Assembly (NCBI RefSeq): GCF_000025685.1
Contig: NC_013968.1
Coordinates: 53,093-85,092 of the forward strand
Source of the DNA: Haloferax volcanii DS2
Lineage (GTDB): Archaea; Halobacteriota; Halobacteria; Halobacteriales; Haloferacaceae
Reading direction: 5' to 3'
Length of the DNA stretch: 32,000 nt
Shown here: positions 17,242-26,690 of the stretch, piece by piece
How positions within the stretch are numbered: position 1 is the stretch's first letter
How the letters are laid out: each line of letters begins with the position of its first letter
The notes under the pieces: model-generated
The model's database searches: none
What the model was told of the DNA's origin: nothing
The model's input: the letters and a program-made list of their open reading frames with translations, nothing else
Translations under genes and position numbers: made by a program

Positions 17242-18135
17242 TCAGTCGGAGTGTACCTTGGAGTCCATTACGTCGCGGAGTGCGTCGCCAATCAGATTGA
17301 AACCCATGATGGTGAACCCAAGTGCCAAGCTTGGCCACAGCATGAACCAGATCGACGAGTGCAGGTGACTGCGCGAGACGGAAATCATGTAGCCCCAGTC
17401 GGGGAACGGTGGCTGCGTACCGAGGCCGAGGAACGAGAGCGATGTCCCGATGAGGATGCCGAAGCCGACACGGATTGACGCCTCAACCAAAATGGGCGAA
17501 CTAACGTTCGGAAGAATCTCACGGAACGCGATGTGGTAGAGGGATTCTCCGCGCGCCTCCGCGGCCGTGATGTATTCCTCGTTCTTCACTGAGAGGGTAC
17601 TGCTCCGTGTGATACGCGCAATACCGGGGGTGAAGACGACACCGATGGCAAGGATCGTGTTTACGATGCCGGAGCCCAGTACTGTCACGACGAGCAGGGC
17701 CAGCAACAGCGAAGGGATGCTGAGCAATGTGTCCATCAGCCTCATCATCAGCTCATCGAACCGGCCGCCAAGGTAGCCCGAGACGATACCGATGGGGACG
17801 CCGAAGACTAGTCCAAACGCAGTCGAAGCGAGTCCGATGATGATACTCGCACGGCCACCGTAGAGTACCCGTGACAGCAGGTCGCGGCCGTAGTCGTCGG
17901 TGCCGAGGAGGTACTGTCCACCCGGCCCCGCGAACTTGTCGGCGACGTGGATCGCCGTGGGATCGTATGGTGCAATCAATGGTGCCGCGAGACTCAACAC
18001 GAGGATGGGTGCGAGAAAGCACACGCTGATGAACCCTTTCCTCGTGGAGAGTAGCCCGAACACGACGCTCGAAACACGACTTGTCAACGGTTCCGTAATC
18101 CGTACCGACTCAGTAGTTGATTCGCCAGTTGCCAT
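17242..18135 (-). CDS. dppC: Peptide/opine/nickel-type ABC transporter permease (DppC-like)
   Basis: Multi-pass membrane protein with N-terminal motif LGTDDYGRDLLSRVLYGGRAS and EAA-loop-like AAEARGES. Its ATG overlaps the stop of the upstream permease (TAATG). Confidence 0.85.
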   Translation of the reverse strand: MATGESTTESVRITEPLTSRVSSVVFGLLSTRKGFISVCFLAPILVLSLAAPLIAPYDPTAIHVADKFAGPGGQYLLGTDDYGRDLLSRVLYGGRASIIIGLASTAFGLVFGVPIGIVSGYLGGRFDELMMRLMDTLLSIPSLLLALLVVTVLGSGIVNTILAIGVVFTPGIARITRSSTLSVKNEEYITAAEARGESLYHIAFREILPNVSSPILVEASIRVGFGILIGTSLSFLGLGTQPPFPDWGYMISVSRSHLHSSIWFMLWPSLALGFTIMGFNLIGDALRDVMDSKVHSD

Positions 18136-19100
18136 TATTCTTCCTCACCGTATTCGATTCGCGGATCCAGATAGGTGTACAGCACGTCAGCCGTGAGATT
18201 CGAGAAGGCGTACACGATGGCCAGTAGCATGACCGTCACTTGGATCACCGGCAAGTCACGCGCCTGAATCGACCGGACGAGGAGCCTACCGAGACCCGGG
18301 AAGGTGAACACCTCTTCCACGACGACGATACTCCCAAGAAGGTAGCCGACGTTCAGCGTGAGCAGGGTGATCGTCGGCAGCAGTCCATTTCTGAGTGCGT
18401 GCCGGGAGATAACTTTCGTCTCACTCAATCCCTTAAGCCGCGCCGAGCGCACGTAGTCCTTCCGCAGAACTTCCACGACTTCCGACCGAGTCAGCCGCAT
18501 TACGTGCGCGGTCAAGATAATTGATAATGTGACGCTTGGCAGTATCAGATGTTTCGCCCACGTGACCACTCCAGAACTCAGCGGCTCGTAGCCACCGTAG
18601 GGGAGAATCTGAAAGACCGGCCCGGTGAAGAGCGCAATGAACGCCGTCCCGATGACGAACTCAGGCAAGCTGACACCGGCGTAGCCACCCGCGCTAGCCA
18701 AGAGGTCCCAGATAGAGTCCTGCTTGATCGCGGCGAGTACACCTAGTGGTATCGCTGTTACCGTCACGAGAATTGATGTAATTGCTGCAAGTTGTGCCGA
18801 CCGGACAAGGCGGGGGAAGATGAGTTTCGCGACCTCCTGACGATTTGAAAAGCTGATCCCCCAGTCGCCGGTCACAAACCCGACCAACCAATCAAAATAC
18901 TGGACGTACCACGCGCGGTTCAACCCGAGTTGCTGCTCAATGGCGGCTATGCTTTCTTCTGTCGCCTGCTTGCCCAAGATCATGACTGCCGCGTTACCCG
19001 GCAGCAGTTGCGTGATGGCGAAGATAATCAGGGAGATTAACAGGAGGGTCACCCCGATATACCCCATCCGCTTGACTAGGTATGCGCTAAATGCGGACAT
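18135..19100 (-). CDS. dppB: Peptide/opine/nickel-type ABC transporter permease (DppB-like)
   Basis: Typical DppB-like start MSAFSAYLVKRMGYIGVTLLLISLIIFAITQLLPGN, and a YVRSARLKGLSE EAA motif. ATG at 19100; the track starts at the TTG at 19115. Confidence 0.85.
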   Translation of the reverse strand: MSAFSAYLVKRMGYIGVTLLLISLIIFAITQLLPGNAAVMILGKQATEESIAAIEQQLGLNRAWYVQYFDWLVGFVTGDWGISFSNRQEVAKLIFPRLVRSAQLAAITSILVTVTAIPLGVLAAIKQDSIWDLLASAGGYAGVSLPEFVIGTAFIALFTGPVFQILPYGGYEPLSSGVVTWAKHLILPSVTLSIILTAHVMRLTRSEVVEVLRKDYVRSARLKGLSETKVISRHALRNGLLPTITLLTLNVGYLLGSIVVVEEVFTFPGLGRLLVRSIQARDLPVIQVTVMLLAIVYAFSNLTADVLYTYLDPRIEYGEEE

Positions 19101-19143
19101 GCTACATGAGTTCAACCCTCACATACTATCTTATATCTTTCCC

Positions 19144-19160
19144 CCTATGAATCTCATAGG
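19144..19160. promoter_or_regulatory. Palindrome CCTATGA-ATC-TCATAGG in the divergent permease/ATPase intergenic region
   Basis: Perfect 7-bp arms centred in the 119-bp AT-rich divergent region between 19100 and 19220. It is a candidate operator; the regulator is unknown. Confidence 0.3.
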
Positions 19161-19219
19161 CCGTCACCGGACACTGTGAGAAACATATTTGTATGAGACT
19201 GTACACAATAAGCGTAAGA

Positions 19220-21292
19220 ATGAGTGTTGTTAGTGAGACTCATACTAGTCAAGACGGCCGTTCAGTGCTTTCCGTCGATGATCTGTCCGTCGAGTATCGA
19301 ACCGACGACGGGGCGGTTAAGGCGGTTCGCAACGTTTCGCTCCATATCGAACCCGGCGAGACGCTCGGTATCGCCGGCGAAAGTGGGAGCGGCAAGAGTA
19401 CGCTCGCACTCGCAATACTCCGGTATCTGGAGGGAAACGGCCGAATCACGGGTGGAACAATCGAGTACGACGGGCGACCCGTCCTTGATCTCTCCTCACG
19501 GGAACTCAGAGAACTCCGGGGGAACGAGATCGCTCACGTTCCGCAGGACCCAAACACGGCACTGAACCCGAGCATGACGGTCGGCGACCAGATTTCGGAG
19601 GTTGTCCGGACCCACCGCGATGTCTCGCGGTCGGAGGCAATGGAACAGACGTACGAAGTACTTCACGAGGTCAATCTCCCGGACCCGAAGACGAACGCCT
19701 CACAGTATCCGCACGAACTTTCCGGCGGCCAACAGCAGCGTGTCCTTCTGGCCATCGCCTTGGCGTGCCAACCGAAACTTCTCATCCTCGACGAACCGAC
19801 GACCGGACTGGACGTTACTACGCAGGCAAAAATTCTCGACCTCATCGACGATCTCATCGAGGAACGGGACACAAGCGTCCTGCTCATCACGCACAACCTC
19901 GGCGTGATTAATCAAATCGCCGATCGGGTTGGCATCATGTACGCCGGCGAGATCATGGAGGTGGGAGCGACGGACGAGGTGTTCCGTTCACCGACGAACC
20001 CCTATACCCAGGGGTTGCTCGCGTCGCTACCGCAGGGAGAGGACCGCCGTCTAAAGCCGATCCCAGGCCAGATCGGCGATCTACGGACAATCCCGGACGG
20101 CTGCGTCTTCGCCGATCGGTGTGAGTTCGCTACTGACGAATGTCGAGAGGGTTCCGTCGAGAAGGTGAGCGTCGACGGTAACCCATCACATATGACCCGA
20201 TGTCGGCGGTGGAAGCATGCGGTGGCGAACCCCATCCAAGCGGACACCCAGACGCTTGAACGCGGGGAAGGGTCGGAACGGCCGACACTCATCAAAGCGC
20301 AGAACGTCACGAAATATTTCGGCGAGAGTTCGTTCCTTGACCGCGTGTTCGACGGTGAGCCACCGGTCAAGGCCGTTGACGGTGTGGACCTACACGTCCG
20401 CGAGGCGGAGACGCTCGGTGTCGTCGGCGAGTCCGGTTGTGGAAAGAGTACCTTGGGGTCGGTACTACTGAACCTCCTCCCGTCCACAGACGGGAAGATC
20501 TCCTTCCGGGAGACGACGTTCGATGAGATGGAAGACAGTGACTGGAAGGAGTTCCGTTCAGAGTGTCAGGTAGTGTTCCAGAACCCGCATTCAAGTCTAA
20601 ACCCGAAGCATACAGTCGGGGAGGCGATAAAGCGGCCACTAGAGCTGTTCACCGATCAGTCCGAGGACGAACAGCGCGAGCGTGTCGCCGAACTCCTGAC
20701 ACGGGTCGGTCTCCAGCCGAGCTACGCAAACCGCTACCCGCGGGACCTCTCCGGGGGAGAGAAGCAGCGCGTTGCCATTGCCCGCGCATTCTCGGTCAAC
20801 CCCTCGTTCGTCGTGCTCGATGAACCCGTCTCAGCGCTTGACGTAAGCGTCCAAGCAAGTATCCTCAACCTGTTGACCGAACTCCAGGAAGAGTACGGTA
20901 CCTCCTATCTTCTCATCAGCCACGACTTCAGCGTCGTTAACTACATCAGTGACCGGATAGCCGTCATGTATCTCGGCAACTTCGTTGAGGTTGGCTCGAC
21001 TGAGTCGGTCTTCGACCCCCCCTTCCACCCGTATACGCGCGCGCTGCTGTCAAATATTCCGTCAGCGGACCCGAGCGTGGAACGAGAGCGGATCTACCTC
21101 GAAGGCGACGTTCCGAGCGCGCGGGACCCACCGTCGGGCTGTCCGTTCCGAACCCGGTGTCCGCAGAAGATCGGTGATGTTTGTGAACGGGACGTCCCGA
21201 CGCTCGAAGCCGTCAACCCTGACGACCCGAATCACTTGGTCTCGTGTCATCTCGACAGCGAAGAGATGACGCCGACTGAGGACCTGCTGTAA
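19220..21292 (+). CDS. Fused double ATPase of a peptide/opine ABC transporter (DppD-DppF fusion, GsiA/YejF-like)
   Basis: Two complete ABC cassettes: GESGSGKST ... LSGGQQQRV ... LILDEPT, and GESGCGKST ... LSGGEKQRV ... VVLDEPV. Each is followed by a Cys-rich oligopeptide-transporter C-terminal motif. ATG at 19220. Confidence 0.9.
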   Translation: MSVVSETHTSQDGRSVLSVDDLSVEYRTDDGAVKAVRNVSLHIEPGETLGIAGESGSGKSTLALAILRYLEGNGRITGGTIEYDGRPVLDLSSRELRELRGNEIAHVPQDPNTALNPSMTVGDQISEVVRTHRDVSRSEAMEQTYEVLHEVNLPDPKTNASQYPHELSGGQQQRVLLAIALACQPKLLILDEPTTGLDVTTQAKILDLIDDLIEERDTSVLLITHNLGVINQIADRVGIMYAGEIMEVGATDEVFRSPTNPYTQGLLASLPQGEDRRLKPIPGQIGDLRTIPDGCVFADRCEFATDECREGSVEKVSVDGNPSHMTRCRRWKHAVANPIQADTQTLERGEGSERPTLIKAQNVTKYFGESSFLDRVFDGEPPVKAVDGVDLHVREAETLGVVGESGCGKSTLGSVLLNLLPSTDGKISFRETTFDEMEDSDWKEFRSECQVVFQNPHSSLNPKHTVGEAIKRPLELFTDQSEDEQRERVAELLTRVGLQPSYANRYPRDLSGGEKQRVAIARAFSVNPSFVVLDEPVSALDVSVQASILNLLTELQEEYGTSYLLISHDFSVVNYISDRIAVMYLGNFVEVGSTESVFDPPFHPYTRALLSNIPSADPSVERERIYLEGDVPSARDPPSGCPFRTRCPQKIGDVCERDVPTLEAVNPDDPNHLVSCHLDSEEMTPTEDLL

Positions 21293-21641
21293 CCCGTGTC
21301 TCTGCTATAAAACTCGTCGACAAACCATTTCATTCTCCGATCATCAACTGTTGCGGAGGCGGTGCCACCGTGAGATACAACACCTGGTTGACGTGACAGA
21401 AATTGTGTGCTATCGCTGGTTGGAACAGGGTCCGCCACTTCGCTTAGTGGGATTGCATCGGAAGAAACGTTGCGCGGTGACTTGACGCGAAGGGCCGCGT
21501 CGCGCTCTGGGGGCCGTGTGTCGGTTCGACTCGGTTCGAACCTGCTCATGGTTCGTTAATTGCCATGACCGCACGCAGAGTCTGCGCGGTGTAGATGTCG
21601 GTTTCGGTGCTCGTCAGACGGTGTCCTCTCGCGAACTTCGA

Positions 21642-23336
21642 TTACTTTGTCGGCGCGTCCGAGCCGAGTGCGTACTCATCTGGGTAGATCTGGTAGGCGA
21701 GTGGGTTAAGATTGTACTTCTCGACATAGTTCTTCGAGGCCCCGATGGTGTCGATGTAGAACGATATCGCGTACGGTCCCTCGTCGCGCACGAGCTTCTG
21801 CGCAGTCTGCATGTACTGCTGTTTCTGGTCTACATCGGTCTCCGCGATGGCCTTGTCGATGACCTCGTCGAACTCTTCGTTCGACCAGTCAGACTCACCG
21901 TTCCAGTTGCCCTCCGAGTGCAGCATGAGCTTCATGAAATTCGCTCCGCTGATACGCATCCCGTAGGCACCGACGTAGAAAGGTGACTTCTTCCAGACTG
22001 TCGCACTCCAGTTGCCATAGCTCATCGTCTCCAATTCGAACTCAATACCGGCTTCTTTAAGTTGCTCTTGCATCAGCACAGCGGTCCCCCGCATATGTGG
22101 GATATTGCTAGCTGTCTGGAGCGTGAGGTCGAATTCCTCGGTGAGGTTAATGCCATCGGGGTAACCTGCCTCCGCGAGCAGTTCCTTCGCCTTCTCGAGG
22201 TCGCGCTCGGGTGCGCCGATATCCGAGTAGTACTCGTATGCCGGCGATAGCAGCGAGTCCTGACCGATGGTCCCGAGACCATCCTGAACCGCGTTCAGGA
22301 TCGCCTCGCGGTCGATGGCGTGCTTGACCGCTTGACGGACCCGTGGGTCGGACCACGGCTCAACGCTCACGTTCATCACGAAGTTCGCAATCTCGCCGCC
22401 TGGTGTCCGGTGGGCAGTCACGCTGTCAAGACTTTGGAGCAGTCCCCACTGACCGTAGCCGGGCTGCCAGATGATGTCGATATCACCTGATCGTAGCGCA
22501 TTGACTTGGTTGCTCTTCTCGGGAATGGTGATCTGGCTGATACGGTCGATGTACGGGAGCGACTCACCATCGTCACCTGTTCGGTAGTAATCGTCGTACG
22601 CGACCCCAACAAGCTGATCGCCCGGAGCGAACGACTCCAGCGTGAAGGCACCTGACCCGTGTTCTTCGGTCCCGAGTGCTTGGCGCTTCTTGGCGTCGGT
22701 GACGATGTCCTCCGGGACGATAGAACCCCAACCCTTCGAGACGAGCTTATGGAAGTCGGAGTTTTGGGTCCCAAGGGTGAATTTGACCGTACGCTTGTCG
22801 ACAGCCTCGACCTGCTGGATATCGCCCATCGTCCCCATGCCGGGGCTCCCGACTTCCTCGTCGTATACCGTATCGAACGTCGCTTTCACGTCGGCGGCGG
22901 TCACCGGACTTCCGTCGTGGAACGTTGCCTCACGCAGCGTGAACGTCCACTCGTCGGAGGCATCGTTCGACGACCAGTCCTCTGCCAAGTCGCCGTACGG
23001 TTCGAGGTTAGAGTCGACGCGGGTGAGCGTGGAGTAGAACAGCTTCACACCCCACCGTTGGGGGAACTTCGACTGCATCATGACCGGGTTGATGGTCGTC
23101 GTCTCCGGCGTGATGGCGATCCGGAGATGGCCACCGCGTAGGTTGCCGGAACTTGATTCGGACGACGAGTCGGTGTCCTGATCCGAGTCCGAATCCGAAG
23201 ACGTCCCCAGCGTTCCCTCTTGGTTCGAGCCACCTGTGCAGCCGGCGATTCCTGTCACAGCACTTCCACCGAGCAGTCCTAGGTACCGCCGTCTATCAAG
23301 CGCAGTATCCGAATCCATTGCTAACTCATATTGCAT
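21642..23336 (-). CDS. dppA: Family-5 (peptide/opine/nickel) ABC substrate-binding lipoprotein
   Basis: Tat motif DRRRYLGLLGG plus lipobox IAGC, then a Ser/Asp-rich linker and a ~500-aa SBP body. The start may be the internal ATG at 23318. Confidence 0.85.
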   Translation of the reverse strand: MQYELAMDSDTALDRRRYLGLLGGSAVTGIAGCTGGSNQEGTLGTSSDSDSDQDTDSSSESSSGNLRGGHLRIAITPETTTINPVMMQSKFPQRWGVKLFYSTLTRVDSNLEPYGDLAEDWSSNDASDEWTFTLREATFHDGSPVTAADVKATFDTVYDEEVGSPGMGTMGDIQQVEAVDKRTVKFTLGTQNSDFHKLVSKGWGSIVPEDIVTDAKKRQALGTEEHGSGAFTLESFAPGDQLVGVAYDDYYRTGDDGESLPYIDRISQITIPEKSNQVNALRSGDIDIIWQPGYGQWGLLQSLDSVTAHRTPGGEIANFVMNVSVEPWSDPRVRQAVKHAIDREAILNAVQDGLGTIGQDSLLSPAYEYYSDIGAPERDLEKAKELLAEAGYPDGINLTEEFDLTLQTASNIPHMRGTAVLMQEQLKEAGIEFELETMSYGNWSATVWKKSPFYVGAYGMRISGANFMKLMLHSEGNWNGESDWSNEEFDEVIDKAIAETDVDQKQQYMQTAQKLVRDEGPYAISFYIDTIGASKNYVEKYNLNPLAYQIYPDEYALGSDAPTK

Positions 23337-23704
23337 TGCACGTCAAAGACTAACATGCATATTAATAAATATTTTGGTGGTCGGGAATTCAGCCGTTCCA
23401 TAGAGACGAGAGCGGTTCAAACCCGAGCGACCTGGTCGCACCACCGAAATCGTTGACGTCCTCAAATCTTATGCGCGCAAGGCCGAAGTCCAGTCACAAG
23501 AAAGGTGTTCACCCTCTGGTGTACCAGTGATTTGCAGTACGCAAATCGGATTGCGACAGCAATGCCACAGATCATTACATCCATACGCCTGTAATAGATA
23601 CGCTAGTGAGGTACACCAGTGCCGGCACCTCGCGTTTATGTGTCACAGAAACGCGGACACGAACATCGAAAACGACTATGTTTGTCATCTACAAATGTCA
23701 TGTA

Positions 23705-24484
23705 CTATTGGTTTTGAAGCGTAGTGATGTTCACACTGATGATGTTGGCAGCCTCCAGCACTTGCTCGCTCAGTTCGTCGTGGAGACGGTCGAACGTGAA
23801 TCGACTCTTCGGTCCCGAGATGCTAATCGCCCCGTAGAGAGCCTTATTGTTCTCGATGGGCGCGCCAATGGCGCGCGTTCCGATGATCTCCTCCTGATCG
23901 TTGATGGCGTAGCCTTGTTCCCGTATGGTCTCGAACTCATCAAACAGTTTGTCGGGGTCAGTGATGGTATTCTCGTTCATTGATGGCAACCCCTGTTCTT
24001 CGACGACCCGCCGCGCCTCCTCAGGCGGGAGATGTGCTAAATACGCCTTACCCGTGGAACCCCAGTGGAGATAGTCGTGTTTTTTGAGCTTCATGTTGTT
24101 GAAGTCCTGCGAGATACCCCTCTCGCCGCGTGCCTTGTGCAGGAAGACGCCACGGCCGTGTTCGCAGGTCATCAGGTGCGCGAACTCGCCAGTCTCCTCC
24201 GCGAGGTTCTCCGTAACCTCCTTTCCGGCTCGGTATAGGATGTTGTTGTCGATGACGTGTCGTCCCTTGTTGACGAACTTCATTCCCAGTTCGTACTGCC
24301 CGTTGTCTTTGACTAGATAACCCTCTTCGTGCAGCGTCGCCAGATGGTTGTAGGCACCGCCGGGCGAGATGTCCAGTGTCTCGGCGACCTCAGTAACGGT
24401 GGCTCCACCGTTCTCCTCCAAAACGTCGATGACGCTGCAGGTGGTCTCGACCGTCTTCAGTGTCCGGGGCGAACTGTTTCTCAT
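23705..24484 (-). CDS. IclR-family transcriptional regulator
   Basis: N-terminal wHTH (LKTVETTCSVIDVLEENGGATVTEVAETLDISPGGAYNHLATLHEEGYL) plus a C-terminal IclR effector domain (AIGAPI..., GAISISGP). The ATG at 24484 gives the usual ~260 aa. The track extension to 24646 is probably spurious. Confidence 0.85.
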   Translation of the reverse strand: MRNSSPRTLKTVETTCSVIDVLEENGGATVTEVAETLDISPGGAYNHLATLHEEGYLVKDNGQYELGMKFVNKGRHVIDNNILYRAGKEVTENLAEETGEFAHLMTCEHGRGVFLHKARGERGISQDFNNMKLKKHDYLHWGSTGKAYLAHLPPEEARRVVEEQGLPSMNENTITDPDKLFDEFETIREQGYAINDQEEIIGTRAIGAPIENNKALYGAISISGPKSRFTFDRLHDELSEQVLEAANIISVNITTLQNQ

Positions 24485-24689
24485 GTCTGCGATATGTTTA
24501 GAAGCCAATTCACATATTCTTTTTGCAGGATACAAACGAGCGACAAGCGAGAAAGCCCTGACGGGCCGCAACGGATCGCATTGAGACGCGATGGGCTGTT
24601 CGACCACCCCGGAGATGGAGAGCCACGACGAACCAGTCATATTCACCTAATGCCATGGCTTTAACACTATCCTTCTGCAACGACTGACT

Positions 24690-25853
24690 ATGCGATCGAG
24701 CAGTACACAGTACGACGTCATAGTCATGGGTGTCGGCGGTATCGGTAGTGCAGCCGTCTACCATCTAGCACGACGAGGACTCGATGTCTTAGGGTTAGAC
24801 CAGTACAATATCCCGAACTCCATCGGCTCATCACACGGTGACTCGCGGTTGATCCGGCTGACGAACCACGAGGACCCCGAGTACGTCCCACACGTTCGGC
24901 GGTCAATCTCTCTGTGGGAGTCCCTAGAAGAGGAGTACGGCGAACAGCTTCTCCACCGCACAGGGACAGTCGACGCCGGCCCAGCTGACAGCGAGACTGT
25001 GCGAGGATCCCTCAAGGCTTGTACGGACTACGACCTGCCGTATGAGCATCTCTCCGCCGGGGAGTTGTCGGAGAAGTTCCCCGGCTTCGAACTCCCTCAA
25101 GAGTTCGAGGCGGTCTACCAACCAGACGGAGGGTTCATCAACCCCACCAAGTGCGTCCAGGCACACGTGGAACTCGCCCAGGAACACGGTGCGACCACGC
25201 ACGCCCACGAGACAGTGGTCGACTGGGAGTCAACGGCGAACAGCGTCACCGTCGAGACGGACCGGACGACCTACGAGGCTAACCACGTCGTCGTCACGGC
25301 CGGCGCGTGGACGCAGTTGCTCGTCGAGGAACTGGAAGAGACATTGACGCCTTGGCGAGTTATCGTCGGCGGTTTCCAGCCGGAGAATCGAAGCCAGTTC
25401 ACGGCCGACTCTTTCCCCGTCTTCTCTATCGAGGACGAACAACAGAGCTACTACGGAGGTCCTGCAGCGGGGACATCGGGGTTCAAATTCGGCCTCGTTG
25501 ACAACCTAGAGGATGTTGCGGACCCGAACGACTTCGACCCCCGGCCAACTGAGAAGGAGCGCGAGCGGTTGCGGACAGTACTCCACGAGAACGCTCAACG
25601 GTACTTCCCTGAAGGGGCGAAGAGTATCAAGCGGCTGAAGACCTGCATGGTCACGCACACGCCGGACCAAGACTTCATCGTCGACTATCTACCGTCAGAT
25701 CCCAACGTCGTCGTCGGTGCAGGATTCTCCGGAAAGGGCTTCAAGTTTAGCTGCCTCATGGGTGAGCTGCTGGCGGATCTCGTGACTGAGAGTGACTCGG
25801 CTGTCGACATCGACCTGTTCGACATCGATCGGTTTCAAACTATGCCCCGGTAA
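24690..25853 (+). CDS. Monomeric sarcosine oxidase / N-methyl-amino-acid oxidase-like flavoenzyme
   Basis: YDVIVMGVGGIGSAAVYHLARRG FAD fold, GSSHGDSRLIR motif, LKTCMVTHTPDQDFIVD with the Cys at the position of the covalent flavin link in the MSOX family, and GFSGKGFKF. Confidence 0.8.
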   Translation: MRSSSTQYDVIVMGVGGIGSAAVYHLARRGLDVLGLDQYNIPNSIGSSHGDSRLIRLTNHEDPEYVPHVRRSISLWESLEEEYGEQLLHRTGTVDAGPADSETVRGSLKACTDYDLPYEHLSAGELSEKFPGFELPQEFEAVYQPDGGFINPTKCVQAHVELAQEHGATTHAHETVVDWESTANSVTVETDRTTYEANHVVVTAGAWTQLLVEELEETLTPWRVIVGGFQPENRSQFTADSFPVFSIEDEQQSYYGGPAAGTSGFKFGLVDNLEDVADPNDFDPRPTEKERERLRTVLHENAQRYFPEGAKSIKRLKTCMVTHTPDQDFIVDYLPSDPNVVVGAGFSGKGFKFSCLMGELLADLVTESDSAVDIDLFDIDRFQTMPR

Positions 25854-26034
25854 GCTGGCGCATTGACCCGTGCTTGCGTACCAGCCAGCTCTGACGATTG
25901 CTGTCAGTCATGCTACAGAGATCTACTGTGAGATCTGTGAGCCGTGCTACTCCGGGACGTACCGGTCACTGGAGAGAGACAATACTGCGCTGGTAGTGTT
26001 CAGGTAAGTGGATTCCATGTGAAGGCGAATGGAG

Positions 26035-26386
26035 TAATACTAGAAGTAATCACTCACCTCCGAGGACAGTGAGTTGGTCAACAACGGTGTCGATCGCTGT
26101 TGTTAGCTCGTCAAGCGAGTCAAGGAAGCGGTTACTAAGTGCCTTTTGCAGTTGTCTCCAGCATTCTTCGACCGGATTCAACTCCGCTGAATACGAGGGT
26201 AGCGTTACGAAGGCGAGGTCGTCACGGGCCGCCAGGTTCGTGACGGGCGACGCCTAGAAATACGGCGCTCCATCCAGCACCACGAGTAAGTCATCTTCAA
26301 ATTCGTTACATAGTGCTAAAATGAAATGTTTCGCGTGTTCGGCGGTAACGTACTCTTCGAATCGCGAGAAGAAGCGATCACCGTCA
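26035..26386 (-). pseudogene. IS630-family transposase 3' fragment A (a distinct subtype, with an in-frame stop)
   Basis: The minus strand reads HYDGDRFFSRFEEYVTAEHAKHFILALCNEFEDDLLVVLDGAPYF*ASPVTNLAARDDLAFVTLPSYSAELNPVEECWRQLQKALSNRF...VLGGE*. It is truncated at 26386, where copy B begins. Confidence 0.7.
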
Positions 26387-26690
26387 TAGTGGCTAGCGTA
26401 ACTTTTGAAGATAGTCACCGAGGTAATTGTCGATCCAAGAGGCTGCGAAGCTCAGCTTGGTCGTGAGTTGCTCAAAGAGCTTGGTGAGGAGAGCGTGGTA
26501 TTCTGCCGCGCTCTCCACGATCAACGGCGACGCTTCCCATTTCAAGCTCTTCCAGACCTGCTCGATTGGATTCAAATCCGGTGAGCCAACCGGCAGAAAC
26601 ACGAGATCGATCCCTAGTTGATGGGCTCGCTTGCGCGTATACTCGCACACGTGTGACGAAAAGTTATCCAACACGAGTAGAATCCGGGCA
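26387..26690 (-). mobile_element. IS630-family 3' partial copy B (~300 bp, roughly 90% identical to the start of copy C)
   Basis: TAGTGGCTAGCGTAACTTTTGAAGATAG... parallels 26691 onward. It encodes ILLVLDNFSSHVCEYTRKRAHQLGIDLVFLPVGSPDLNPIEQVWKSLKWE... and similarity ends at GAATCCGG/GCA. Confidence 0.8.

Noticed and set aside
19602-21250. Multiple 60-160-aa ORFs overlapping the fused ABC ATPase on both strands
   Set aside because: The 690-aa frame carries two complete Walker A, signature and Walker B sets. The alternatives are GC-rich frame artefacts.
24485-24646. N-terminal 54-aa extension of the IclR ORF, and the similar extension of Gfo/Idh/MocA at 14282-14335
   Set aside because: The extensions are not part of the conserved domains. 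Internal ATGs give canonical lengths and N-termini (MRNSSPRTLKTVE..., MKFGILSTANIG...).
26560-26585. tRNA T-arm-like string GGATTCAAATCCGG
   Set aside because: It lies within the IS630 transposase coding sequence, where it encodes the NPIEQ region on the opposite strand. No acceptor or anticodon arms can be folded around it.
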